64,000 nt of DNA from Octopus vulgaris (taxonomy: Eukaryota): assembly GCA_951406725.2 (NCBI GenBank), contig OX597815.1, positions 204,910,001 to 204,974,000 on the forward strand, given 5' to 3'. Numbering within the stretch: position 1 is the first letter of the stretch; each line of letters starts with the position of its first letter. This document shows, in pieces, positions 1 to 12,899 of this stretch. The notes below the pieces were generated by a model that saw nothing but the letters and a program-made list of their open reading frames with translations, did not search any database and was not told where the DNA came from. The translations under genes were made by a program, and so were the position numbers.

Positions 1-900
1 TTTTGGTTTCCAGATATACTAGAGTTTGTATTGTTTTCTTATTTCTATCATTTCCAGACGATCAGGTAATACCAATTTATATCATCAATACGATAGCTAT
101 ATCTATCAATGAATTGCATTCTTAAAGTAACAGCTTTTTTTATAATCTGCAAAGATATATGGACCGTTTTCCGAACGCTCAATGGAAAGGAAAGAGAAGT
201 TCTCTGAATAGGCAGCTAGTTTTTTTTATGGTTAGCGTTTCTGGAAGGAGGATTTGAACTCGGCATTGCAATCTAACAGATCAGTCCTCGACTTCTCAAT
301 TGTCTCGCTTTTATAGCGATGAGCTATATATTTCTTTATTGTCCACAAGGAGCTAAACATAGAGGGGACAAACAAGGACAGACAAAGGGATTAAGTCGAT
401 TACATCGACCCCAGTGCGTAACTGGTACTTTATTTATCGACCTCGAAAGGATGAAAGGCAAAGTCGAATTCGGCGGAATTTGAACTCAGAACGTAACGGC
501 AGACGTAATACGAATAAGCATTTCGCCCGGCGCGCTAACGTTTCTGCCAGCTCGCCGCCTTTTTAGCGATGAGCTATATTGTGTATGTGTTCCCCTTCGG
601 TATTTTTTTACCATAACAGCTATTCTCTAATAGCACTGAATTACCTATTGCTTCTGTCCGTCTCTTTTATTTTTTTGGTCATCCATATTGTGTCAGCAGT
701 GAAACCTCATACTATTAAAGACTTACCTCCATTATTCCTCTGTATATGCATCACCAATAATGCTTCAGTATTCTCTATCTCATCTACTAACTTGCAAAAA
801 TCTAAGTCGAACATTAGCAGTATCGACTCACCTAAGAGGATCTGCACTTCGAGCTGTTTCAATCTTCAAACATTTTAGCATCTCATAGATACATCTCTCT
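1..900 (-). mobile_element. Highly degenerate non-LTR retrotransposon fragment (possibly R4/Dong-like), interrupted by a SINE
   Basis: Minus-strand remnants 'MHIQRNNGGKSLI' (~760-715; resembles the LY.PR..GGRGL motif) and 'IDIAI..D' (~110-85; resembles a REL endonuclease region). Many stops. Confidence 0.3.
330..563 (-). mobile_element. SINE family A copy with target-site duplication
   Basis: Reverse complement of the GGCGGCGAGCTGGCAGAAACGTTAGC...GTCGATAAA...GTACCAG body seen many times in the window. Flanked by the direct repeat TAGCGATGAGCTATAT (314-329 and 564-579). Confidence 0.9.
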
Positions 901-1282
901 AAATTTTGCTTCCTCCAGCATCATGCAGAAATCTGCCAAGTGTGGTGTATGAAACTGAAGACTCCCAGGCAACGAATCGACCCTTATTCTATTGTAAATT
1001 ATTCTTTAATTATTGTCGACACCAACAACACATATCCGCCATTTTATGTCAAATTCTCTTTTTCATCGTATCGGATGTGAGAGCTATTTTCCATTTTACC
1101 TGAAAGCAATTACATTCAATTATGTTGGTAGTGGAATTGTGAGAGAGACAAGAAGATAGTTAACACTTATTTGACCTTTCTTGTGAATCTTTACACTTGA
1201 TTTTACACGGGAAATTAATTTCTATTCAGAAATTGGTATTATGACAGATGTGTGTGTGCGCACGCTCGTGCGCTTTTGTATA

Positions 1283-1337
<55 letters not shown>

Positions 1338-1339
<2 letters not shown>

Positions 1340-1565
1340 TCTTTTACTCTTTTACTTGTTTCAGTCATTTGACTGCGGCCATGCTGGAGCACCGCCTTTA
1401 GTCGAGCAACTCGACCCCGGGACTTATTCTTTGTAAGCCCAGTACTTATTCTATCGGTCTCTTTTGCCGAACCGCTAAGTGACGGAGACGTAAACACACC
1501 AGCATCGGTTGTCAAGCAATGCTAGGGGACAAACACAGACACACAAACACACACACACATACATA
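1338..1565 (-). mobile_element. SINE family C, 3' half
   Basis: Matches the ACTCTTTTACTTGTTTCAGTCATTTGACTGCGGCCATGCTGGAGCACC segment of the full copies at 21.4, 30.8, 42.0, 43.8 and 59.3 kb. Confidence 0.9.
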
Positions 1566-1585
1566 TCAGAAACAATTACTACTAT

Positions 1586-1730
1586 AATGTGAAGTATATT
1601 TGTCACTTAAATGTGGCTAACCACTAAGGGCGGATGCTACTGTAGCTTGTAGCCCCAGGAGAACATCTTGCCACATTTAAGTGGTAAATATACTTCACAT
1701 TGTCGTGCAGCTACTGTTTATACCTCGTTC
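1586..1730. repeat. Short fold-back relative of the 23.4-kb hammerhead palindrome
   Basis: 32-bp inverted repeat 1586-1617 / 1670-1701. The sequence is clearly similar to the outer arm of 23437-23910 (GTATATTTG..C..TT.AAT.TGGCTAACC.CTAAGGG.GGATG.TACTGTAG.TTGTAGCCCCAGGA). Confidence 0.8.
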
Positions 1731-1984
1731 AAAGATTTATTATTGCTTAATTACTACTGTATTTATCGAAACTCTGGAAGAAAGATTTTGAAGAAAAAAT
1801 TAGTATCAAATGTATAAAAAGACGAAGGGAATATTTCATATTGCAACAGATGTTTTATGAGGTTCAGAATGTGGTAGCATGGAGACATTAAAGTTGCTCA
1901 CGACAGCCTTTTGCTTCTCCATAAAAACTCAAATGGTATTCTGTTTTGAGTTAACTGTATCGTTAAGTTTCTCATAAATATATA

Positions 1985-2213
1985 TTTCTTTACTACCCAC
2001 AAGGGGCTAAACACAGAGGGGACAAACAAGGACAGACAAAGAGCTTAAGTCGATTACATCGACCCCAGTGCGTAACTGGTACTTTATTTATCGACCCCGA
2101 AAGGATGAAAGGCAAAGTCGACCTCGGCGGAATTTGAACTCAGAACGTAACGGCGGACGAAATACTGCTAAGCATTTTTCCCCCGCGTACTAACGATTCT
2201 GTCAGCTCGCCGC

Positions 2214-2214
<1 letters not shown>
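1985..2214 (-). mobile_element. SINE family A copy followed by (ATC)n
   Basis: Full family A body abutting an (ATC)n tract at 2215-2260. Confidence 0.9.
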
Positions 2215-2260
<46 letters not shown>

Positions 2261-3643
2261 ACAAGACGATATCGGCTTGTTCCTCCAGGTGCCGAGGTTT
2301 CTCATAAATATATTTGGCTCGCAATGCTGTGGTAGTTGATGTCAGATGCTTGTCTGCGCTTAATGATAAATCATTTATCAATAAATTAGTATGCTTAATC
2401 ACTTATTAATATTTGTAAAAACTAAAGACAACGAGGTGGAAAGAATCGTTAGCACGCAGGGCGAAGCGCCAAGCGGCATTTTGTCCGTCTTTTATGTTCT
2501 GAGTTCAAATCCCACCGAAGTCTACATTGCCTTTCATCCTTTCGAGGTCGATAAAATAAGTACCAGTTAAGTAACCGACTTACCCCCTCCTCTAAAATTG
2601 CTGGCCTTGTGCTAAAAGTTGAAATCAATATTTGTAAAAACTGAAGAACAGGGAATGCAGGTGTAATGCCGTTACCTCGTTACCTTCTTCAGAGCAGGAC
2701 TTTTAGGATGCAAACGCAACAGTACAAGGTAAAGAAATACTGGAGAAGAAAACATGAAATAATTCTGCAGTTTTGTATTAGTCTGGTTCAGGCTGTTAAG
2801 TTCACTTTGTCTGTCTTGATCTCCATTCCATGAATATTGAGGTTACTGCAGATGACTTTATCAAGCCTTTCAGAAATTGGTATTATGACAGATGTGTGTG
2901 TGTGGGCGCGCGCTCGTGCGCTTTTGTATATGTACATATATATATGTGTGTGTATATGCATGTTTGTATGCAAATATATATGTGTGTAAATACATAAATG
3001 CAAACATACACACATACATGCATATATACACACATGCATATATATACACATACATACATGCATATATACACACACATGCATACGTACATACATACATACA
3101 TGCATGCATACATACGTACATACATACATACGTGTGCGTATATAAGTATGTAATCATATGTGTGTGTGTTTGTGTGTCAAAAACATCTGCCGCCACATTA
3201 CATGCACATTATACAGGCTGTCCTAGAATTTGCTATTTATTTCAGTGAAATTGGTATTTTTTAAAAATCTCATTTTTATTTATGTTTATCATGTTTAATA
3301 TGTGTAAAATGTGTATAAATTTTCAATTTTGTTTATAATTTGTATAATTTGTATAATTGCTTTATAATTCTATTTTCATTCCTGTCGGATCCCACGCGTT
3401 TGTCCACGACAGATCTTTTCCAAGTTGGTTACAATAATTTTCTTTAACTTCATTTTTCAAGATGGAGCAAATAGTTTAGCTGGACTTAAAGAATGCATTC
3501 AGATAGTAGTGCGGGAGATAACTCTTGAAATGCTTCAAAATGTGCTTCGCAACGCTAAGGATGGATTTGAAACTTATAGGGATACAGATGGCGCTCATGA
3601 TGAACATTTGCAGTAAAGTTTTGACGTAAGATTTATAAATCCA

Positions 3644-5353
3644 CTAGCTGAATTACCCGGCAATACTCGGAAAAGCGAGGGTTATTTCCAGTTCCCGTTC
3701 CCATTACACTGTTTCATGTCCTATCCTGTTCCCTGTTCAGTTCCCATTTAAATTGCAAATAGATTCACAAGTACACGGTGACGTGGAATAGGTTTACAAA
3801 TACTGGCAAATAATACAGTTGAATCATAGAATTGATTGATTGTAATGGTAAGGTAATATCAAAGTTGAATTGGTGGATGGCTAGAAAGATGAGAGGATTG
3901 ACGATGTATGACTATGAAACAAATGATTGATGGTTGATTATTATCAATTTTGCAGAGCCTCTTGATAGACTACATTTTTGGTCTTGCTCTCTGGAGCATA
4001 AATAAACATATGATTTGTGAAATTTTAAAATTACTTGAAAATTTTCAAATTTGGTATATTGAAATAATTTTCCACGTTAAATCCGATTTTGTTATGTATT
4101 TGTTCCAGAAAAATTGAAGTAAAATGTTATTGGGGTTTAAAGTTAAATCAATTTTACCTAATCAGAGAACAAGATTTGGAAGTAGGCATTTTCTGCATGA
4201 TAGCTGTCTATCACAAAATGAAAGCAAAATTATTACGAAGAATTTTTATTAAACAAACGAAAGCAAAGCATTACGACGACCAAAGTTGTAAGAACTTCTG
4301 AAGTTTTGATGAATAAAATTATGGGAAACGGTCGAACAAATATGTAAATAATTTTAAAAGGAAAAAGATCGTCAAGGATTTTTTTTTTTTTTTTTCGTTT
4401 TTGCGAAATCATCAACATCATTGTTCGACCGTGGTCGAGACATTGGAATTTACCATACTACGCCAGACTTCACGGTCCATCATGACATTATGGAGGTCCT
4501 GTTGCTGGATGCCTGTATCCCTGGAGATTACATCAGGGTAGGAGAGTGTGCGCCCTCTGGTATTGCGAGTAGATGGCTTCCAGAGGAGAAGAGTAGAAAT
4601 TACCTCTTTTTCAGCCCTACAACAATGTCCAGCAAACTGGACTCTCCTACCTTTCACAAGAGATGACATCTCTTGTGTCATCTCTTTTGCGAAAACTAGC
4701 ACAAGTCTGTCCTAATCGGGGAATAAACAAAAGTTTATATAAGACATTCTATTGTAAAAACTGCCTGACAACGACGGGCTATTCATCTATAGAAAAACAT
4801 TAAAGACCTTATCTTTCGTGTTATTGTATCATTCCTTAAAGTTTTAATAAATCTTAATACGGTGATTTAGAAACAGACATAAAAACAATTTACCTTTCAC
4901 TTCTTAAATTTAACATCTGTTGTTGGGCATATTGTAAAAGTTAATTCACTAAAGCGTATGCGTTAAGTGATAGGTAATAATTGAAGAGCAAAGTATTAAA
5001 ATTCGCTGTTCCCTTCGGTAAACACATTCTCTCTCTCTCCCACTGTATTCATGACACTCGTTCTCTCTCTCTCTCACATTCCCTTCCTGTTTCCTCCTCT
5101 TCCCTGGTATTAGCCATCCTCATTATGCCACCAGATTTCATTCAATGTATCACTCTTTGCACCCTTCTCCTTTTATCATGTGATAGCCCAAACCCCGTAG
5201 GGAGCCTATTATCGACTTTTATCGAAATTCAATTAACCTATAATTTAAATGGATGTTAGTTTAACATATATGCAAAATTTCGTGAAGATTGGTTCGCTGG
5301 TATAGGCAACAAGATGGTAACAGACAGACAGAGATTGCCATTTTTATATAAGA
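3644..5353 (-). mobile_element. Non-autonomous Helitron (~1.7 kb)
   Basis: On the minus strand: 5' TCTTATATAAAAATGGC at 5353, 3' CCGAGTATTGCCGGG...CTAG at 3644, inserted between A and T. Same end architecture as the short Helitrons in the window. Confidence 0.7.
4409..4684 (-). mobile_element. 5'-truncated RTE-clade LINE 3' end
   Basis: Encodes 'RRVQFAGHCCRAEKEVISTLLLWKP...MMDREVWRSMV', a typical RTE ORF C-terminus. Short (TGA)-type tail. Flanked by the direct repeat TTTTGCGAAA (4399-4408 and 4685-4694). Confidence 0.8.
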
Positions 5354-5598
5354 TTTGTTTTGGCATCATTATTAAGTAATAAACATAAATCTGTCAGTTT
5401 TTTTTTTAATTTGCCCGATTACATTGAAATAGATAGTTAATTCTGAGACATCCTGCTTTTACTAGAGTTGTGGTGAATAGTTGAATAAATTATCGATATC
5501 TCTAGCTCGTGAGTTGGTATCATAGTACACTATTTTGATGGAATTATTTCCCTACTAAGTTGAACATCTGTTGTCACGTACACTATACACGTTTTGAA

Positions 5599-6012
5599 GG
5601 CGGCGAGCTGACAGAAACGTTGGCACGCCGGGCGAAATGCTTAGCGGTATTTCGTCTGCCGCTACCTTCTGAGTTCAAATTCCGCCGAGGTCGACTTTGC
5701 ATTTCATCCTTTCGGGGTCGATTAAATAAGTACCAGTTACGCACTGGGGTCGATACAATCGACTTAATCCGTTTGTCTGTCCTTGTTTGTCCTCTCTGTG
5801 TTTAGCCCCTTGTGGGTAGTAAAGAAATAGGTATTTCGTCTGTCGTTACGTTCTGAGTTCAAATTCCGCCGAATTCGACTTTGCCTTTCATCCTTTCGGG
5901 GTCGATAAATAAATTACCAGTTTCGCACTGGGGTCGATGTAATTGACTTAATCCCTTTGCCTGTCCTTGTTTGTCCCCTCTTTACTGCCCCTTGTGGGCA
6001 GTAAAGAAATAT
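5599..6012 (+). mobile_element. SINE family A, dimeric body
   Basis: Head GGCGGCGAGCTG, then the body unit (TATTTCGTCTG...GTAAAGAAATA) occurs twice in tandem. Confidence 0.9.
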
Positions 6013-7346
6013 ATACACGTTTTGCAACTGCGCACGCAGAAAAGATATTACAGAGAAAAGATTAGTTGCCGAAAATAATACTAACAACAAATTAATTTCT
6101 TTTTAATTTTGGTTTGCTGTAACGAAAGATTATAAACATTTAGTATACATATATTACTTACTCCAACTTTGGAGAGATTAAATTATAATTCTACTCCGTC
6201 ATGGTTTGAACTCAGAACAATATATTACTGTAATTTATATAAGCCAACTCTGTTTTGACCAGACCATTGCCAGTATTCCACATGAAAAACAAACATTGTC
6301 TACTCGTAATTAGGCGAGATGAAACAATGGCTGATAAAGTATCACACTCAGAGACGGATTTGATCTCGCAAGCTATGAGCAAGTAGACTAATATCTTATC
6401 CATGCGATCAATCGCTTATACATATCCCAGATCGATGTCCAGTTACAACTTGCTTCAGCAATACAATAATAGTATTTTCAGGTCTTTTGTGATTTCTTTC
6501 TGTTAAAATAATCGATCATTCTGTAATCTCCTTATATCATACAGTTGAATTTTTATTCATTGGTTATTAAGCATATCCCGAACAAGTTAATGAAAAGAGA
6601 GGTTTCACATTGTTTGATTAGAAGACGAGATGCTATTGTTTATAACTTCCTCATATGAACCAAAATTGGAATACATGGTTGCTTTCATGCAGACATTAAA
6701 CACTTGTCTAACTAACCTTGTATTCCATCTCACTGAAATATTATCAACATTCTTATTTACCATCTAACTACTAACCAGTAAACATTCACTAAAGATGAAG
6801 TCTAGAATTGTAAAAGGAATTCCTAGGAACAGTGGCCACTACCAGAGAGCCTCAGTTAACTTGAATAAAAGCGCAAAGCTGATGTGTAAATAAAAGAATA
6901 ATATATCAAAACAGTTGCTTTACCAGTTCATAGAGACTAGAAGTAAATATCTTTGATTTATGTGCTTTCAATAATTTATCTTTCAATAAAAGATAAAAGA
7001 CTTAGTATTGGTATTGTGAAGCAAAAAAATCGATCTTGCAATAATAGATGTGTGGATATTTGTTTATTCAGATAAGCAATCTCCTTAGATCATTTTTTCG
7101 ATTCCTTATTAGAACTTTCAATATGATAATTTCAACTATTGTAAGCAGAGTACCATTTTATACTTACCTATACTTCTGTGGTAAACAAAAGTGCAAAAGT
7201 GAACTACCAACAAGCTGAGACAGAGATCCGATTTCGATTCCTGTTTAAAACTGTTACGTTTCACTTTCACCATAGATACAGTTGGGAAATGTGTAGATCC
7301 ACAAATATGACAAAGATAGGCACCAAGTGCAAATATTGTGAAGAGG

Positions 7347-7725
7347 GAGGCGCAATGGCCCAGTGGTTAGGACAGCGGACTCGCGGTCGTAGGATCGCGG
7401 TTTCGATTCCCAGACCGGGCGTTGTGAGTGTTTATTGAGCGAAAACACCTAAAGCTCCACGAGGCTCCGGCAGGAGATGGTGGTGATCCCTGCTGTACTC
7501 TTTCACCACAACTTTCTCTCACTCTTACTTCCTGTTTCTGTTGTACCTGTATTTCAAAGGGCCGGCCTTGTCACTCTCTGTGTCACACTGAATATCCCCG
7601 AGAACTACGTTAAGGGTACACGTGTCTGTGGAGTGCTCAGCCACTTAACGTTAATTTCACGAGCAGCCTGTTCCGTTGATTGGATCAACCGGAACCCTCG
7701 TCGTCGTAACCGACGGAGTGCTTCC
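7347..7725 (+). mobile_element. tRNA-derived SINE family B
   Basis: Head GGAGGCGCAATGGCCCAGTGGTTAGG with A-box and B-box-like (GTTTCGATTCC) motifs; ends CGACGGAGTGC. Near-identical copies at 14.8, 39.4, 45.2 and 50.0 kb. Confidence 0.9.
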
Positions 7726-8879
7726 ATTATGAAGAATTTCCTCTAAATTTCTGTCAAATGTGTCTTGTGCAGATGAAAATACACAATGAGGTTGCAAATA
7801 GCTAACAAAATAATGAACGCCTTCATACAAAATTATCAACTTTATTATTTTTTCTCTCTCTCTTTTATTCGAGTCAACAAGTGTATTTATTTTCACTGAG
7901 AGTAAATGTTACTGTTCCGAGGAATTAATTTTACCTTGTGCTCATTTTGATGCAAATATTTGTTAGTTAATAACTGTCCCAGTTACGTTCTCTCATGCCT
8001 AGGTCAGTTTGTTATGGGTTCGGTACAAGAGCAATGATATAATTACCATACGAAGCCCTGGGATTGATGTAATCAGCTAAAATCTCATGAATACTGTAAC
8101 TCAGCATGGTCGTAGTCGAATGGCTGAAATAGTAAAAGGACAAAGGAAAGAATATTAAAAGGATTGAGAGCGATATAGTTTCAGAAAAATGCAATTGTGA
8201 GAAGATTGGTAAGGATTGGCATAAATGGTTTAAAATTTTTACAGCAATTTGGGGAAGCTGGGAGATAAGCCGACTACATCGACTCCAGTGTTCAACTGGT
8301 ACTTAATTTAACGACCCCAAAAGGATGAAAGACAAAGTCGACCTTGGCGGAATTTGAACTCAGTACGTAAAGATGGACGAAATGCCACTAAGCATTTTTC
8401 TCGGCATGCTAACGATTCTGCCAGCTCACAGCCTTGGATTGGCATAATAAATCGTATACAGGGCAAACTTAGCAGGATTATAGGCCCCCAGACAAATCAA
8501 TGCACAAGGCCTTGTAGTATTTATCTATTGATAACATTCACAGCTTACATAGATCAGAATTGGGCCCCAAAACCAATCGGGCTTCATGGCAATTGCCTCG
8601 TACACCCATACTTTCCCTCCAGCGTTTAAAACGGCCAGATCAGGCACAATTATTCTGCCTGTTTACATTCAAACCAGCCAGGCCTGGTATTTAACACCTA
8701 CCCTATAATGTCATCCCAAAAATAAGCAATCACATCATCGAAATCTTGAAGCTACGAGATAATATAAGATTAACTCTAAACACTCTGGATAAATAAGCAT
8801 TTCTTTTAACAGAATAATCTGGATGCTAAAGGGCTAAGACGACAGTTTACTTACATCTTCATTATTCTCCTTATAATCT

Positions 8880-9280
8880 TTTCTTGTCTAGGCACAAAGC
8901 CCGAAATTTTCGAGGAGGGGGAGGCAGTCGATTAGATCGACCCCAGTACGCAACTAGTACTTAATTTATCGACTCCGAAAGAATGAAAGGTAAAGTTGAC
9001 CTCGGCGGAATTTGAACTCAGAACTTAAAGACAGACGAAATACCTATTTCCTTACTACCAACAAGGGGCTAAACACAGAGAGGACAAACAAGGACAGGCA
9101 AACTGATTAAGTCGATTATATCGACCCCAGTGCGTAACTAGTACTTATTTAATCGACCCCGAAAGGATGAAAAGCAAAGTCGACCTCGGCGGAAGGAATT
9201 TGAACTCAGAACGTAAAGCAGACGAAATACGGCTACGCATTTCACCCGGTGTGCTAACGTTTCTGCCATCTCGCCGCCTT
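8880..9280 (-). mobile_element. SINE family A, composite copy
   Basis: Family A head at 9280 followed by two body units. Confidence 0.85.
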
Positions 9281-9404
9281 GTTATTCTCCTCGTAATGAC
9301 GGACATAAAGGAGTTTTTATGTTAAGTCTTAAAGCGTTGAGCTGTAAGTGTAGACTAACCTTCGTGATATCAGGAACCTTAAAGAATATCGTATTATATT
9401 AAAA

Positions 9405-9802
9405 CTAGCAGTATCGCCCGGCGTTGCTCGGGTTTGTAAGGGAAATAACTATATAAGCATTTTTAGAGAGTTATAGCCAAAATATAGCAAAAAATGCATT
9501 AAAAATGGGAAAAAAATGATGGTAAATTTTTTTTTAAATCGTTGACTCCTCGTAGACATTTTTAGAGAGTTACTTCCCTTATATAATAGCGAAAAAAATG
9601 CATTAAAATGGAAAAAAATGATGGTAAATGTTTTTTAAAATCGTAGACTCATCGTAGACGCGCGCTAATACCCAGAAGGGCTCGATATGAATGACGACTA
9701 TAAGATACCCTGTTTTGGTTAAACTGCACCGCAAAATGTGGGAGTAGTTAGGAATCTAAATCGTAGGAGACAGACACACAACTTCACTTTTATATATAAA
9801 GA
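9405..9802 (-). mobile_element. Short non-autonomous Helitron, family H1
   Basis: 5' TCTTTATATATAAAAG, 3' CCCGAGCAACGCCGGG hairpin plus CTAG, A|T insertion site. Near-identical to the copies at 20351, 26849 and 54461. Confidence 0.85.
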
Positions 9803-10408
9803 TTACATTCATAAAACTCATTCGTGTTAATGACATTTCTTGTCAGGGAAAACAAGATGCTAAACACGTTAATTCTCAAACATTTAAAAACTCACACATC
9901 TGTTATTGCACCATCAAGTTTTGCTGAAGAATACGAGCGTTAAGTCATTCGTATTTTCTCAATTATTGAAGACGCATTAATAAACCCATAAGGCTATAGC
10001 ACCCACCTCATATAGAATTGCCGCTATTCAATACTGGAAACCTCGAATTTATGTAGTGTATCTGTAGCACGTCAGCTGAACAGACCCCCATCCCTCTCTG
10101 AATCAGATTCACAAACGTGGTTGAATTCAACACTGGAAGCGAACCAACGGTGACCTTCACCGTAGTAAATAATGAATACCCTTCCTTCTTCTCAGCCACC
10201 TTAATTTTGCTCTCTTCTCTGTTTTCTCTTCTTCCTTTCTTCTTCTTCTTCTTCTTCTTCTTCTTCTTCTTCTTCTTCTTCTTCTTCTTCTCGGTTAACA
10301 TCCAGCTCCCTGGATCAAGCGGCACATTGTGTACTTGTGCAAGGCACTACATTCTAATTTGTTCCACTGCACTCAGCTGAAAATGAGTACCAACCAAGTG
10401 GTTGTGTG

Positions 10409-10479
<71 letters not shown>

Positions 10480-10931
10480 GGGTCAAAGATGGAAAGGCCG
10501 AAATGTCTACACTCAACGCAACTAAATAGACAACATAAAGTAATTGACCAAACAAGGTATATGCAACCACGTCATACTCGTTTGTGGGTTTGCGAATGAC
10601 GTGCTTCAGATAAACATTCTTCAAATTGATATCCATTTAATTTTATTCAGTCATGAATTTATGTTATTATTATATCTCTGTACGAAACGATCGTCTGAAA
10701 GAATTAAATTTCTTATAAATTTTAACAACTTGTTTCCTCCATTTTTAACAAATTTGATGGGATTTATGGAACTTCATTCCATAAATTCATCATATTTTAT
10801 ATACAAGTACTACTTTCATATCTTCTCAAATTTACGCCAGTAAACTCCCAGCAAAGTAAGAAGAATCAACATTAGAAATCTTTTTTGAAAACCTCCAATT
10901 AAAGGACGAATCTACATTCAACCTTTGTACA

Positions 10932-10996
<65 letters not shown>

Positions 10997-12890
10997 TCCA
11001 GGATGTGGTTTCAATGAATTCGCCTTTGTATATCAACTTTTGTTTATGCTTCGTAAATTTTCCTTTAAGATAAAGAGGTTCATTGGTTGGGTTTTTGTCC
11101 TTGATTCTTATCGTTAGATTATATTTAAGGAGTGTACTTTGTGCATGAATATCATTCAGTTTTATCTGTAGTGGTACAAATTGCGTCGAGTTCTCTGATA
11201 AGTAATTTCAACTAAGTCGATCTTTCTGTGGAAGAACTCCTCACAAATATATAGTTAATTGAAGTTACTTATCTCAGAAACTCGGCACAAATTTTACCAC
11301 TACAGATAATGTTGTGAATGATATTCATGCAACAAGGTACACTACTTAAATATAATCTGAAGATAAGAACCAAGGTCACAAACTCTGACAATGAACCACC
11401 CTTATCTCAGAGGAAAATTTACGAGGCAGAAACAAACGTTGACCTGCAAAGGAGAAATCCATTGAAATCACAACTCTGGAATAAACTTCTGAATCAACGC
11501 AAACATGCATATTGGAAAAACATTCGTTGTAACAACATAGCCAACACCTACCGTAATTTGCGAAACAAAGAAAACCCAATCCCCATCAGAAAATTCCTCA
11601 TTAGAGAAATGAAAGGTGAAAAGCTAGAAGAAACAACGATACACACAAACTTGGTATTATGCCGTCAGGAAGCAGAACTATTTCTTTTTCAATCACGAAA
11701 ACTATGATATAAAGAAAAATTCAAAACAATTGATGTAGTCATGATTGCTGAAATCTCGGAACAAATTGATAATTAAAGTAAAAAAAAAAAACAAATTACA
11801 GCAATTATGGAAAGAAGACACCGAACGGGAAGAGGAATAATTCACAAAAGATGTGGGGGAAAGCAACAGGAGTGATTCATTAATTACGAAAAAGCCATTA
11901 TGAGAACAGAACTACAACAACAACAAAAATACAGAAAAATCAAAAACAAGCATGGACACTGACACAAGAAGAACCAGACAAAGGTATCCAACTTCTAGTT
12001 GTCCAAAAACAGATACGGAGATGGTCTCCAGATCATCTCAAATGCAAATTAGAAACTCGTACTCTACCATAAACAATCCTACAAAATATAGAAGACAGCC
12101 AGCAACTCATGATACCAAATACCCTAGAGGAATGAATACATGGGGAGAAAGGCAAGAAAAATACGGACAACACAGAAATCGTAATACAAATAAACATCAT
12201 GGAAGCTTTAGAAATCCACAATTTACGTCTAACAATTCCAAATATTCCAAATGATTTAACAAGCATAGAAGATGAGAAGACAGACCCTATATGTGATGAC
12301 ACATAAACAAACATAACCCATTCCCTCGCCTAAGAAGAAACATGAACTTCAGAAACATAAAATGATGATACAATACTACAACTCCTTTTTTAGGGAGAAC
12401 ATACTACAACTGGGCCCCGGACACGAAGAAACAAATAATTTTAATAAAGCCACGGAATATATAGACCTTAAAATTATAAATGTAGCAAAGAGAAACTTCA
12501 ACAAAACTGAAATGAGTCTTTTATTGTAAGGTTTCAAATTTACCCATACACCCACCTCTAGTCTCTAGAGCTAAAAGCAGACATTAAACATTTTAGTCGC
12601 CACCTCCGCCTCTTCAGCAGTAAGAATATAAAGGATGAGCCAATTGTCAGAAACAAATCCTGCTTCGCTCCTTACAGAGGGAGTGACAAACATTTAGATA
12701 CATATAGAGACGCAATTTCCAAATTCCTTCTCAGTATCCGTAAATGCAAACAGAACCTTCGTAAAGAAGAAAAGCAAGTTGTACTAACACTCAAGAACGA
12801 CAATTCAATCATCCTAAGAGAAGCCGATGAGGGTGGGGCGATAATGATTATGGGGAGAGGCTATTATAAGCACAAAACAGTGTAACATCT
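10997..12890 (+). mobile_element. Degenerate Penelope-like element (5'/N-terminal part) with an inverted 5' segment
   Basis: Remnants 'NLRKEEKQVVLTLKNDNSIILREADEGGAIMIM' (~12750-12850) and 'TEMSLLL*GFKFT' match N-terminal motifs of Penelope-type RT. 10997-11480 is an imperfect palindrome abutting (TA)n. Confidence 0.75.
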
Positions 12891-12899
12891 AACAGAGGA

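Larger units (their letters stand above)
3214..5455 (+). mobile_element. Tc1/mariner-type DNA transposon remnant, host of nested insertions
   Basis: Starts TA|CAGGCTGTCC and ends GACATCCTG (imperfect TIRs). 3460-3616 encodes a transposase-like C-terminus 'LAGLKECIQIVVREITLEMLQNVLRN...DGAHDEHL'. Confidence 0.65.

Noticed and set aside
7347-7420. tRNA genes at the SINE B, C and D heads
   Set aside because: No complete cloverleaf, and each continues into a SINE body, often with TSDs.
10008-10200. Possible minus-strand exon ending at donor GAG|GTGGGT (~10007)
   Set aside because: No frame stays open to the donor and no homology was recognised. It could only be non-coding and is unsupported.
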